From NCBI GenBank assembly GCA_001179505.1, contig CDMY01000600.1, forward strand, positions 1 to 45,171: a DNA stretch of 45,171 bases, in the 5' to 3' direction. A program made the position numbers and the translations under genes. The notes under the pieces are model-generated. The model saw only the letters and a program-made list of their open reading frames with translations. It was not told the origin of the DNA and made no database searches. This DNA comes from Vitrella brassicaformis CCMP3155 (lineage: Eukaryota > Protista > Chromerida). Shown piece after piece: positions 23,839-35,900 of this stretch (its first letter is position 1; every line of letters begins with the position of its first letter).

Positions 23839-25176
23839 ATGGAAGCAGCAGGTGAAATGCACACAAACGGAGGGAAGGAGGAAGGCGTGCGGGCGTCTTT
23901 CATCCCAATGACTGTCTTATCCGTGTGGCAGGTGCGTGTGGTGGCAATGCTGGCGGTGGATCATCAGCGACTCGTCTGCCCGGCAGTGCCTCTGATGCTG
24001 CGAACCAGCAGGTCAGCGTCAGCCTTCACCAGTGGCATTTCGTTGCAGCGAAGTTGTGGTGGTGTGTTTGGTGCAGTCTGTGCGTCCTATGTGCTGTTGC
24101 AGGAAGGTGATTGCCATGTGCGGACTGAGTGAGTCGTGACGATGTCTGATTCGGTGCCCGACGACCTGTGGCGCAGGCGCATTCTGACGTCCCTTCTCGT
24201 CCATGAGACGGTCTGTGTCCGAGCGACCTGCCGGGCAAAAGCTGCTGTGGTGACCGCTGCTCTGCTGGTGGAGCGCATCGACGCCTCCCTCGCCCGCCAC
24301 TCACTCACCGGCCTCATCGACATCGACCGCACCGCCCCTCTCCCATTCACGTACGCGCTGCGGGCGGCCTATGTGCTGGAGCAGGACAGCAACGAGTGGC
24401 GTGGGATGGGACCGCTCATCCGGCTGGTCGCCATCTATCGGCTGACGCCTGCCAATGGGCTGCCCCTGGTGCTGTCGGCTCAGTGGCTGACAGCCCGCCT
24501 CCCCAGCAGGACGGCATTCCACCAGCTGCCATTGGCGATGGCGATCTATCGGCTGTTCGGCCACCTGCTCACAGACGTAGGGACCAGCCTGGCGCTGCAG
24601 CAAGCCGACGATAACGGGGCCTATCGGATCGGCAGTCAGTCGTTTCGTGTGGTGCCGTTGGGTGAGCTGCCGGCCGGCCATCCCTATGCTGAGGGCTACA
24701 AGCGGACCGACCCCGTCGTCCGATTCGGCCCCCTCTATCGCTCATTCTCGGCATTCCTGTTGTACGGGGTGCTCCGCTTGTGGCGCCATCAAGAGGGGGT
24801 GGGTCATAAGATGGTGCTGTAGGCCGACATCGGCCGCGGCGACCCTCGTTATGGCCGTCTGCTGACCGACGCCGTCACAGAGGATTCGGGCATCGCTGTC
24901 GACTCTCGCAATGACGGGTTCGATCTAAATGATGCTGCTGCGATTGACTATCGTCATGTGATAGTCAGCGGCTTCAGACCTGGTGAGACCGTGGCTGCCC
25001 ACATGTACGTATGGTTGGGCTCCATCCAGCTGTACACGACCGAGATATCAACTGCTGCTGGTCGGCCTGCATCACTCTCCGACCGCTACTCCGTATCGGT
25101 TGGTGCCGCCCGCCGTGTGCTGCGAGGATTCGGTCTCGAGAGTGACGTCGTCGACAGGGGGAGGGTGCTGGGGTGA
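23839..25176 (+). pseudogene. F-box-like lineage-specific family gene with shared leader exons and two in-frame stops
   Basis: Exons 23839-23851 (MEAAG), 23932-24011 and 24103-25176. F-box-like segment SVPDDLWRRRILTSLLVHETVCVRATCR. In-frame TGA at 24130-24132 and TAG at 24820-24822; the frame continues (ADIGRGDPRYGRLL..) into ORF 24958-25176. Confidence 0.7.
23908..24050 (+). repeat. Shared leader exon 2 with flanking intron sequence (copy 1; others at 28332-28480 and 26191-26310)
   Basis: ggtggatcatcagcgactc..tctgcccggcagtg..tgatgctgcgaaccagcaggtcagcgtcagccttcaccag is near-identical at 28382-28460, and diverged at 26240-26310. Confidence 0.9.
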
Positions 25177-25582
25177 GGGGTGACGGCTTGATAGGTGGTC
25201 CGGTATGTTGACCGAGCAGAGTCGCATATTAGTGGCGGTGCAAGGCTGACTACATTTGAAAGCGTTGCGTGCCTGTTTGCAAGTATGGCATCAATCGATG
25301 AATGTCCCACTCGTTGCTATCGGACTCTTTGACTGGATGGCGTGTTCACCTGAATGAATGGATTCATGCCAATCACCGTCGACTCGTCATGAGAAGCCAC
25401 CGTGGATGAAACCTGAGTGTGTGTGCGGATGAGGAAGGCCTGTGTGTGAGCATGAGTGTGTGTGTTTGTGGTGGAAAGCTCATGCTCACAAAGGGATCGG
25501 TTTGTGTCTTGAGCTTCAAGACTTGACGCGCTCCTTGCGAGCTTGGCTTTGCGATGACTGGGCCGACAGGGCGAAGGTCCGG

Positions 25583-25810
25583 GAGGCCTCTGAGCCTCCC
25601 GCGCAGCAAAACGGGCCCCGAGAGCCTCCTTGCAATGCGATCGAGTGAGGATCGAATCGCTGATTTTCTCCGAAGTGGCAAATTCGTTTTCCGATTTTAT
25701 CGGCTCAATGCCTTGTCTGTACCGCCACACACATGCCAATGGCTCAACGGCGCCGAACAAAGCCAAAAAAGGCACAAAAGGATTCGGATTTTGAGCTTGC
25801 AAGCTCGCAG
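25583..25810 (+). repeat. Dispersed non-coding upstream cassette, copy A
   Basis: gatcgagtgaggatcgaa..gattttct..agtggcaaattcgtttt..gattttatcggct, then gaacaaagccaaaaaag and caagctcgca. Collinear with the reverse complement of 41990-42215. Confidence 0.8.
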
Positions 25811-26136
25811 ATTTTCCGGTCCTGCGACCTTTTTTAGCGCATTCTCCGGTCTCCTGGGCGTCGTGTGATCAGAGTCTGCCATTCTCGTGGCGCTTGGTTG
25901 TCATTTTGCAGTCCGTCTGGTGCCGGGGTCATCGCGGGGGAGAAAGGACTCATCTCAGGTGGGCGGACGTCGCCAATGGGATGAAGCGACACTGTCAGAT
26001 GCAGACGACAGTCAGCAGGCACATCCTGCCGTCTGGGTTTCCTGCAGGTCACCGCCTTTGACCACGGAGGTGTTGGGCGAAGGAGGACCATCCGGTGAAG
26101 GGTAGCCAAGAGCAATTGGATAGAGGGAGCGCCACG

Positions 26137-27617
26137 ATGCAAGCAGGTGAAACAAGAAAGACCGACTGAGCAGGCACTGTTCTCATCACGGTGATTTTCT
26201 TGTGTGTGCCGCAGGCGAGTCGGCGTCTGCGATCGGTGGTGGTGGAGGTTCATCTGCAGCGGATCAGACCTGCAGTGACGCTGACGGGCACAATCAGCAG
26301 GTCAGACTTAGCCATCACAGCTTCGCACACCACCGAGGCGCCACTTGCAGCAGACGCCCAGACCAGCAACATCCGTTTGTTTCGGAATATGACTCTGCAG
26401 GTGGCCTCAGAGAGCGTCGAGCGAGAGAACCAAGGGGAGAGAGATGGTCATGGTGAAGGTGATAGTGCGGCGGCTGCGGCTGATGGTGGTGGTGGGGAGG
26501 CCACCGCACAAGCAGATCCCAACGCAGAAGTCTCATCAGGTACAATGGACTAAGCATTGTGACGTACATCCATCTGGAGGTGTGTCTACACGTGGGTGCA
26601 GAGTGGTTGAGGGAGGGTCCCCCGGAGGAGCCCGGGCAGTGCGGCCAGGCCATGCGCCGTGAGCCGATGACGATTCAGCAGTTCCACAAGTGTGTGCTGG
26701 AGAGCCTCTTCACACAGACGCGGCACCGAATCCAGGTAAGTATACGCACAACACCGGATCCATCCATGTGCAGAGAGCACTCAGCTCCTTGTGTGCGGGT
26801 TGGCTGCAGTGGCGGGTCAAGCAAGGGGACGGCAGGCTGGTGCGGGAGATGGAGGGCATCGATCGATCAGGGCAACTCGATGTTCAAGTTGGCTGTCCAT
26901 CAGTGGTGAGTCCGTCACACAGGGCCACAGAACCACTGCAATGCGCGTTGTTTTGATTTGTCCTGTGTGCAGGATGACCTGCTGTCACTACGGCGGGTGC
27001 GCATGGACGGTCATCGTCCAGCACACAGACACAGCCGGCTACACGCACCAGAGCGTAAGGCGACAAACACACCATCGCCAACACACACTACTGCGTGAAT
27101 CTTATGTGTGTGTGTATGTGTTGAGTGCAGGAGTTTTCGCTGCCAGTGCCCAGCAGTGTGACCGCTGACCTGATGGAAGCCGCCGTGAAGGATCTGCAGA
27201 CCCTCGTAGACGTCGTCGTGTGCAAGACGTAAGCCGCCCGGCCTCACCGCACAGACGGTCCCACACGCACATCGTAACACGGTAACGTGTGTGCAGCTTC
27301 ATTCGCGAGAAGATCGCCGGCCGCAACCCTCCCAGACAAACGCAGCAGAGGGGCCGCGAGAAGGGCCAGAATGAGAAGGTGCCCCACTCCCCTCAGATGT
27401 ACTTCATCGCACACAAAGCCTCCGGACGATTCTCTGCATTAGTGAGGGTGGACGGCGGGAAAGAATAACTGGGGGGGGTGTCTGTCGCGAGTGAGCCTCT
27501 GTGCTTGTGTCCTGGTGTTGGTGTGTGCAGGCGCGTCTTCTGGAGCTGTGCAGCACGCACCGCCCACACAGGGACGAGCCGCTACACAAGAAACGCAAAA
27601 CTCAGAACACCGCATGA
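26137..27617 (+). CDS. Orphan multi-exon gene with shared leader exons; one junction is out of phase (possible pseudogene)
   Basis: Exons about 26137-26146, 26215-26300, 26401-26539, 26601-26735, 26810-26905, 26973-27054, 27131-27228, 27298-27441 and 27531-27617. High-GC3 coding segments include MTIQQFHKCVLESLF, MTCCHYGGCAWTVIVQH and VTADLMEAAVKDLQTLVD. The donor at 26906 is phase 0 but the acceptor at 26973 needs phase 2. Confidence 0.5.
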
Positions 27618-27634
27618 GTGGCCGGCCATGGGTG

Positions 27635-27636
<2 letters not shown>

Positions 27637-27676
<40 letters not shown>
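27637..27676 (+). repeat. (GACA)n microsatellite
   Basis: About 10 perfect GACA units just downstream of the 27617 stop. Shorter GACA/CTGT runs occur at 40839-40856, 42462-42481 and 44651-44689. Confidence 0.95.
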
Positions 27677-27678
<2 letters not shown>

Positions 27679-27896
27679 TGGGCATGCAGTGGGCAGACCG
27701 ACACAGCGACACTTTTCGAATGCAATGTACGCACAAGAGTGAACGAGTTGGTCTGACATCTGTGGACATCGATTCATTGTCTTTCATATTCGACTGTCCG
27801 GGCCGACCAAAGTGGACGCCTGGACGCCCTGAGGGGCGCTCGCCCAGCCAACGTCGCCAAACGAACGCGAAAGCTCCCGATCGTGTGGCATTTTCA

Positions 27897-27904
27897 AGCT
27901 CGCA
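27897..27904 (+). promoter_or_regulatory. AGCTCGCA upstream motif
   Basis: In the context tttcaagctcgca, shared with 41993-42005 (reverse strand); upstream of the gene starting at 28271. Confidence 0.5.
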
Positions 27905-28270
27905 GCCCGTCCGTTCCTTCCCTTTCTCGCGACGTGCCGCGGCGTAGGGCTGATCCGTCTCGTATAGCTCCCCTGTGCATTGCGGTGACGTTTGGTTGTC
28001 ATTTCGCGAGGGCAGCTGCATTTCGGTGTGACGTGTGCTGCTGGAGTCATCGCCGGGGAGGCAGAACTCATCGCAGGTGGGATGAAGCGACGGCATGGGA
28101 TGCAGAGAAGCTCCCTCCGTTTGTTTGTGGCCGTACAGAGCACGTCGAGTCCCAAACACTGGCGTCGATGAAGGGATGACTGCCTTTGACGCCGAAGGAT
28201 GTCCACAGTGACTGACCGGTGTTGTGCGTGAAGCGCTCATCGTCGGAAGATAGAACAAACAAACACCACG

Positions 28271-29073
28271 ATGGAAGCAGGTGACGTGACACACACAAAC
28301 ACAAGGCAGCGAGCGGGAGGCGTCATCAACAGTGATTGTTCTCCGTGTGGCAGGTGAGTGTGACGCTGGTGGCAATGGTGGCGGTGGATCATCAGCGACT
28401 CATCTGCCCGGCAGTGTCACTGATGCTGCGAACCAGCAGGTCAGCGTCAGCCTTCACCAGCGGCATTTCGTTGCATCGACGTGTGTGAGGCTTCTGTGTG
28501 ATGCAGGCTGCCAGTTACAGTGACGTTCTCCATCGCATGCGCGAGCAGCTTGAGCTCATGCGAGACATCACCAGCACACTACACACTCAGGTATGCAGCC
28601 CTGGTCGCTTCCACAGGTCCCTGCCTCGTCTGTTGGCTGTCTTTCGTGTCAGTGCGTCGATCTGTCGGCGACACGAGAGGATGTGTCTGGGCGACTGGCT
28701 GAGCGGTTGATGCGCATTGAGTCGGACATTGCCCACATGAAACAGATGATCGAGAGCTCACAGGTGCGCATGTCGATGGATGCGGGATGTGAGTGCATTT
28801 TTGTGAGCTCGCGTGGTGTGCCTTTAGGTTCGTGTTGGCGAGGCGGTGGGTGTATCTCACTCGGTACTTGAAGAGGAAAGGGGAGAGAGACCGTCATTGA
28901 CGGCGGGCAATATCTTCCATGTGTGAGTGCAGCTACCTGCAGCCGTGAAGGAGGATGATTCCCCTGCTCCTGCGGCTGTTAGTGCTAGCAGTAGCACTGC
29001 TGCTGCTCGTGCCGGTAGTACGCAGCGACACAAGGATGAAACAGCGACCCGCCACATGCGCCAAGAGCCCCCC

Positions 29074-29120
<47 letters not shown>

Positions 29121-32100
29121 TGCAGGTGGTGTGTCAGAGGACTTTGAGCAAGGAGAGAGCAAAGGCCAGCAATAGCTGCAGGAGGTCAGTACATGCATAC
29201 ACCGACAGACATCGCACTCGGGACTCATTTCTCTCACTCCCCTGTGTCCGTCTGTGTGTCGGTCTGTGTGTGTGTGTTTGTGTGTGCCTGTCAGGGTGTC
29301 GGCCCGCGGTGTGTGGGCGTCCTGACGGCTGAGCCGCTGTGCGAGCGGACGATGTCATGCCCCTTCCTCGCCACCAAGAAGGCCTCTGTGCCGCCTCGCG
29401 AGATCGGGAAGGGGCCGGAGGACACGACGGGTGCCACTCACCGCAACATGCCCATCGCACCCCGTTCTCTCGACCAGGGCGCCAGCCACAGCAGAGGCCG
29501 CTCGTCATCCCTGCCGCCTCGAGTGGTGTCCCCGTCGCTGCATGATGATGCCTCACCATCTGGCCAGCGCAGCTCCGGAGGACAGGTGAAGCACGCCCAA
29601 CCCAATAGCAGCCCCTTGGTGGCAGCATGCAGTGTCCAATTCTTTCTCCCCCGGTCAAACAGGTTCGCATAGAGGATATCGAGGTTCTGCACCAGCTGCT
29701 TGTGCAGGTGGGGCGATGGATGGGAGGCAGCACCAACCAGACACACCACCGACACCGTGCATGGGTGTTGCTCATTCCCTCCTTTTGTGTGCTCCGTGCC
29801 TTCAGAACCACGCGATAGCTTGTATGGACGCCTCTCAGCTGCCCAACCAGGTCAGTCGGCGTCCCACAGCCACGGTGGTCGTCTACAAGTCAGGCTGCGG
29901 TGGATGTGTGAGTTATATGTGTGTTGATGCAGAGTCCCATGACGCTGCAGGACCACGCGTCGGTGAGAAGAGCCCTGCAGGCAGCGAAGGACGCCCTGTG
30001 GATGGGCTTCGGGAGCCTCCAGAACATCAGATACCAGGCAGGCACCTTGGCACGCACAACGACACACAGCGGCAGCACCGGCCATGTCGCAAAAGGCTCT
30101 GTTCTGTATGTGGTTTGCAGCACGACCCACAGCTGGAGGGCAACTTGTTCCATCTGCACAAGAGGGGCAGCATGTCAACTCGCAACGACGGACCGGTACA
30201 CAACAACTAACACACAGAGGAAAACATCGGCGTCGCGCCGCACTCCGTACCTGTCTGTCTGTATGTCGATCGATCACCAGGCGCAACTTCTGTTGACCCC
30301 TTTGGATCATGCCAACATCAGCAGCTTCTTCAGCCCCCGTGACCTCGGCCATCGCCTTCTCAGCAAAGGCGCCTTCTCACTCTCGTACGGCTGCTGCGAC
30401 CGCTTCGCCGTCGACTACGCCAAGTCGGCCACGAGGGCCATGTGGGAGCGGATGCCTACCGATGTGGCCCGCAACATGGGGCGCGGACTGGTCAACCTCA
30501 AGACGCTGGTGGTGCGCTACCCCGTTGACGCTCCGTCGTGGTGCTGCGAGGTCACTTACAATCCCCTGTGGTGCTCCCACGTGTGGGTGTCCATTGTCGA
30601 GGGCCACGTGGAGGGCCGGGAGGCAATGAAGAAGGAGAAGCGGCAGCGAGAGGCCAGCAGCAGGGGCGCTCCCACAGCCACAACCAATCAGCAAGCGTCC
30701 TTCCACGGCAAGGCCGACAAGGGGTCGCTCCACACCATCGTCTTCGAGGCGGTCCCCTTGTCAGAGTGCGACAGGGCAACTTCTGTCTCGAATGAATATT
30801 CGAGGCTGACGATACGTTTGTTGAATGAATATTCTTGGCCTCCACCCGCTTCTAGCTCCTCTAGTCGCACCCCCCGCCGCCGTTCCCTGCCACCGCCCAC
30901 CCCCATCACCCTCCCTGCGCTGACCACCATCACCGGCCTCCGCCCAGGTCAGGCCAACATCATCAGCGACAGAAGGTGGCGCACACCGGCACTCGAGCGG
31001 GCGCAGGGCTCCACCACCCAGCTCCCTCCCAATCCTCGCCCCTGGGACCGTGCTTCTCTGTCCTTCATCGGCACATCCAAGCGCCTCAAGCACATCGACA
31101 TGGAGACGAAAATGGGTGTGATGGTGGAGGTGCTGTCGAGGGTGTCGCCGCCGGCTGACGGGCAGCCAGGGGGGCTCGCCGCACTCGAGACCATCGCCAC
31201 GCTCGAGCTCGAGATCGGCCTCAGCAAGTCGGAGGCTGCTGTAGACAAACTTCGGGTAAGAAGGGATCACAACGGACGGGAAATGATGCCCGACACGCAA
31301 ATATCATCGGCGAATCTTTATGGCGTGTTTTCCTTCCCTTAGGGTCTGCTGGTGCGCCACAAGTGCCGATCGATCCGCTCTATCTTGATCTTGATCAATA
31401 TCGAGAAGAACGCTGTCGATTCCCGTGAGCTCTTCGCCTTCCTGTCGGCAGTCGATCGCCTGCAGGAAGCACTCGGCACCCACACAGACATCTCCATCCT
31501 CACGCCATACCTGCGAGATAGAGGGCTGCGCGTCGGTTTCCACCTCCCCGCCATAGTGCCTGCCACCTCCTACCGTCTCTTCACCTTCACATTCAACATG
31601 ATCGCCGGCCAGGCCGCGACCGTCGAGTGGCGTGTCGACGCATCTCGTCAGGAGGAGCTTCGCAGCCCCCCTCAGGCCGAGACAGACCTCTTCCACACTC
31701 TGCGCTTCCCCTCGGCCAAAAAGGTGGACGTCTCGGTCGACAATCTGGGGGCCCTCGCCAGCCGCCCGCTGCCCACCCTCTCCGCTCTCGCTGCTCTCCC
31801 AGCTGACGCATTCCCCGCAGCCTCAAAGCTTGCGATTGTGGACGGTCGGCTGTGTGAGCCCGGTGGTGTGCTGGCACAGAAAATGCCCAAGATCGCGAGC
31901 GTGACGGTCGGCCCATCAAATTCATCGGGTGCGGTGATGGCCGCCGACCTTCTGGGGCTGCTCCGACGGGCCGGGGGTGGCAAGACGCTACGTGTGGACA
32001 TCGGTGGAGTATTGGGCGGATTGGGTGGGGCCGGTGTAAGGTGGGATGAGGACTAGCTGCCGGAGGTCTCGTCACTGAAGTTCGAAATGATCGGTGGGTG

Positions 32101-32466
32101 GGAAGCAACACTGGAGGGAGGGAGGGAGGGAGGACAGACAATGCTGCACACATGGTGGTGGTGCATGTGTGTCTATGTGCAGTACCTCATGGTGATGTGG
32201 GTGTGGAGGTGATGTCGTGCGTCGAGCCACTGCTCCAGCTGCGGGGCATGCAGGAGCTGACGGTTTTCCCGCGGTTTCGGGAGGGTGCTGATAGAGAGGC
32301 CGTGCGAAGGGCGATTGAGGAGGAGTGCCGCAGACGGTTCCCTCCTGGCGGCACGCACGGCCTCGGCATCACCTTTGCGGGCCCCTCGTGGAGAGGTGGT
32401 TTCATCTTCAGGGTCCGCCGGCACGGCGCCCAGAAGGTCAGACATCATGCGCCGTCAGCATCCTGA
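28271..32466 (+). pseudogene. Mosaic gene of about 14 exons (leader + coiled segment + shared three-exon block + F-box/LRR-like body) with two in-frame TAG codons
   Basis: Phase-consistent chain from ATG 28271 (MEAG) through exons at 28354, about 28507, about 28652, 28933, 29126, 29295, about 29661, about 29806, about 29933, 30121, 30281, 31343 and 32183 to TGA 32464-32466. TAG 29173-29175 aligns with CAG in the paralog (44760-44762). TAG 32054-32056 precedes a homologous last exon (SCVEPLLQLRGMQEL versus ECVVSLLELRGIHNL in the 20182 gene). Confidence 0.65.
28933..29650 (+). repeat. Three-exon/three-intron block duplicated in inverted orientation at about 44310-44972
   Basis: Exon pairs GGVSEDFEQGESKGQQ*LQE versus GGVSGDLGQGGESKGQQQLQE, and EPLCERTMSCPF..SHSRGRSS..HDDASPSGQ versus EPLCEWTTSCPF..SHSRGRSS..HDDTSPSGQ. 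The introns are also alignable. Confidence 0.9.
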
Positions 32467-32900
32467 TGGTCATACATGGCCAACAGGGATGGTTGATGCA
32501 CGGTGGTGATGTGACGTCATCGACAGAGGGACGGTGGTGATGTGGGGGTGAGGGACAGGTTGGTGTGTTTGTAGTGGGAGGGGGGCTGACTGTGTTGGTC
32601 GGGCGAAGTGGCTGAAAGCATTCTTTCACGAAATGGACCTATCGACGCACACATTACTCGTGTGACTGGCTGCGGAGGTCCGTAGCAGCCCCTCTTGCAC
32701 GCTAAGTGACGCCAATCGCGCTTTTGCTCTTGAGTCTGTTGATCTACATCCATGTGCTGACAGACGGTCTGCCATGGACTGTTACTTGCTTCGTCTTATC
32801 AAGATGTCTGTCTTGTCACGCAGCACGACAACAATGCAGAATCACGGCACATCACACTATCCAGCGCTCTAACCGACAACAACATCTACACTTCTCACGC

Positions 32901-35900
32901 TCATTCCATCATGGGACTCGCCGAGGCACTTGCACTGCCCGGCTGCCCCTGACCCAGCCGCCTCACCGCACCTGTCAGCGTCTGCAGGAACCCCCCGCCC
33001 AGCTGCTGTGAGGTCGGCGGTCTCCTCAGCGCCGCCTCAGCCTCCTCATTCAGACCCAGCTGTGAGAACCACTTAGCCTGGGCCTCTGGGTCACGCAGGC
33101 GGGGGATGAGCTTCACAGCCGCATCGACGGCACGCACGCGGACACAGGCGGCAATGAAGGGGTCATAGCCGATGGGCGAGGTGCGCAGCTGGGCGAAGGT
33201 CAGCAGCTCGTCGATGTTGCCGCTGAAGGAAGACACCACACAGGAGATGTGTGCAATCCTTGTTGGTATCGTATCGCCGAGCACATACCTGTCGGCGAGT
33301 GCGTCGATCTTGACCCTCCAGTATCGCTTGTCTGGCACCTTGAAGTGCTGACGCAGATGGTCGGCCTCAGTCATCTCACCCCTGCGTAGACAAACAACAC
33401 AGCATGATGAATACTGTGTGTGTGTCTTTGGCATGTCGGTTGCATCACCTGAGTATGAGTTGCCTGAGCGTGGCCACCAGGGGCAGCCCCACGAACCGGG
33501 GCGGCCCTCCCCTCCACCCCTGTGTGTGTGCCTTGAGCTCCAGGTCGCGCTGCTGCCCCAGCAGGTCCAGCTGGTCCATCGTCGCCTCAAAGGCAAACTT
33601 GGACGCATGCTCACTCGGACCTGCACACATACGCGCACAGACAGAAGACGCATCACGCGTCGATTGTTGGGTCTCTGTTGTTGACGAGCCCACCTTTGGC
33701 TGACGAGTGTGTGGCTGGGTTGAAGAACTGTGCGGCGAGGGTGAGCCACGGCTTGCGCTGCTCCCAGTCGGCCTTCTGCAGGGCCAGGGTGAGGCTCACC
33801 ACACCGCCCTGCATGTAGCTGCCGCGCTTGTCGTAGTAACGCTGCAGCTGAACACATACGACAACAACGGGAGGTTTGTGTTTGCACGAAGGTTGCCCCT
33901 GTCGTGTGTTGTGTGTTTTGTACCTCTTCCCATTTCTGCGTCCGCTTGCACATGGCGACAAAGAGGTCGGCAGCCGCTGGCCGGTCCTTGATGGCCTCCA
34001 GCAAAGCGCCAAGACCACTGTCCATACTGACAAACAGAGACGCGGGGACACATTTACATGGCGCCGTGTCGCTCTCGCGTTTCTTTTTTGTTCCCTACGC
34101 GTCATCTCTGCGCCGTGTTGTCGACCCAGGTGCCTGTGCTGCGGTGTGTGTGAGCGGTGGGTGTGTGGGAATAGGTGTGGGTCTCATCCATCCGCTGGTC
34201 AGGGCCGCCAGACACTCGAGGATCAGGTCGGGGTCGCCACTCGCCACCGCCTTGTCAGTCGCGAGCCGCGTCTCGGCCAGCTTCAGCAACATGCGCACCT
34301 GAGCCTGATGGACAGATGGAGATAGACAGGTTGCCGTCTGTATGTGGGTCTTCCGGTTCTTGTCTCACTTGGCTCTTGATTTCATGCTCGAGCAGCATAC
34401 ATGCCAGGTTTGGACGGGCTGCATTTGCGGCCACACTCGCCACCTGTGAGCAACGGACAGGCAGGCAGACAATGTCTGTGTGTTTGAAACGAGAAACGAT
34501 CTCTGCTGACCGCCGAGTACGAGATGTTGGGGCATCCGTGGAAGCGCCTGACGATTTCCTTACACAGCTGGTCGTCCGTCAGCTCCAGAGTGTGCCGGAT
34601 CTTCTCGGTCGCCCAGTGCAGCAACACCTTGGACGCCGGCAGACCGACGTACTCACACAGACGATACGCCAACAGGTGATAACGCCGCCTGCACACACAG
34701 AAACATAGCACGCTTTGCTGCGTCTGCCAGCGCTGTTTTCTGCTCACTTGGCGAGTCTGTCGATGAGGTTGGCGATTCCGAGTTTCTGCAGCTGTGCCAC
34801 TGTGATGGGTATCTCGTATGGCGGTCCCCTGACGGCCAGACACACCCTGATGTTGCGGCACGCCTCGACAAAGGGCACTGGGTCGGGGGGGGTGTCCAGG
34901 AAATGACGACCGAACACCGCCGCCCTGATGACACGCACCACCGGCAACAAGGGATCTAAAAAGTGAATCAAGATCTAGATACGTCACGTGGTTGCGCACC
35001 TAAGCAGCTGTCTGATCTGTTCAGGGTTTGGTTCATGTGCTGCGGCCTCAATGCACGCGGTGGTCGCCTCGCCGAGTTCCTCCTTGATGGCCCTAAGGGA
35101 CTCGTCTGCGGCCACGTCGCCGGCCTCGTACTTCTCCAGAGCATACGTCAACATGGCCGGCGCCTCGCAGCTCCCAATGCTGAACAGGTCATGCACACAC
35201 AGGCATAGAAAGGAGCACCGTGTCTGTGGGTGGACTGCCTCGTACGTGTCATCCTTGCCTGAATATGGCTTCCGTGGAAGGGTGCACTCGGTGGAGCATC
35301 TCGCTCTTGTCGGCTGTGAGGATGCGGACGCCGTCGAGTTCGCTGACGAGGCACACAGACGTGTCGTAGGCATAAGGCAGCCAGTCGTTCTTGGGACCAC
35401 CCAGGAACACCATGTGCTGACAGAAAGAGCCACCAGTGCATTGCCTGCACCGACCATTGCGGGTGCATCGTGTGTTCCGGTGTACTTGTGAGCCGCCCGA
35501 GGGTGTGGGTGTGACGAGGTGGAGGGCTATACAGTCGTCGCCGCACCACACCTGACACACAGACAGCAAACGGGGCTGGCTGTTGATCTTCTGGAGCGTT
35601 CATTCTCTGTTACCCTACCATTTGTTTGGGCTTCTTGCGCACATCCAGAGTGGCGACGTCCAGCGGCCTCGTCAAGTTGTGCGACGACAACACCTTGAAG
35701 ATGCTGACACACATACGCAACACACACCCGTATCCTCCCCCTCCAGCTGCGTTGTCATTGTCTGGTGCTGCTCCTGACCCTGTCCTCGATAGACAAGCCA
35801 CCAGTCGGTGGCTCCGAGAGACGGCCAGCGCGCAGAAAGGACCATCCTCCAACCTAACAATATATACAAGGAGACCCCACAGGTGATACATGCCGAGCAA

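Noticed and set aside
23471-23866. Longer N-terminal extension of the SKP1-like gene from the ORF track
   Set aside because: The extension overlaps the divergent gene's first exon and the motif-bearing intergenic gap. ATG 23635 matches the normal SKP1 start position.
27637-27676. GACA or CA/GA arrays as CRISPR or telomeric repeats
   Set aside because: Plain 2-4 nt microsatellites, mostly intronic; no spacers and no telomere motif.
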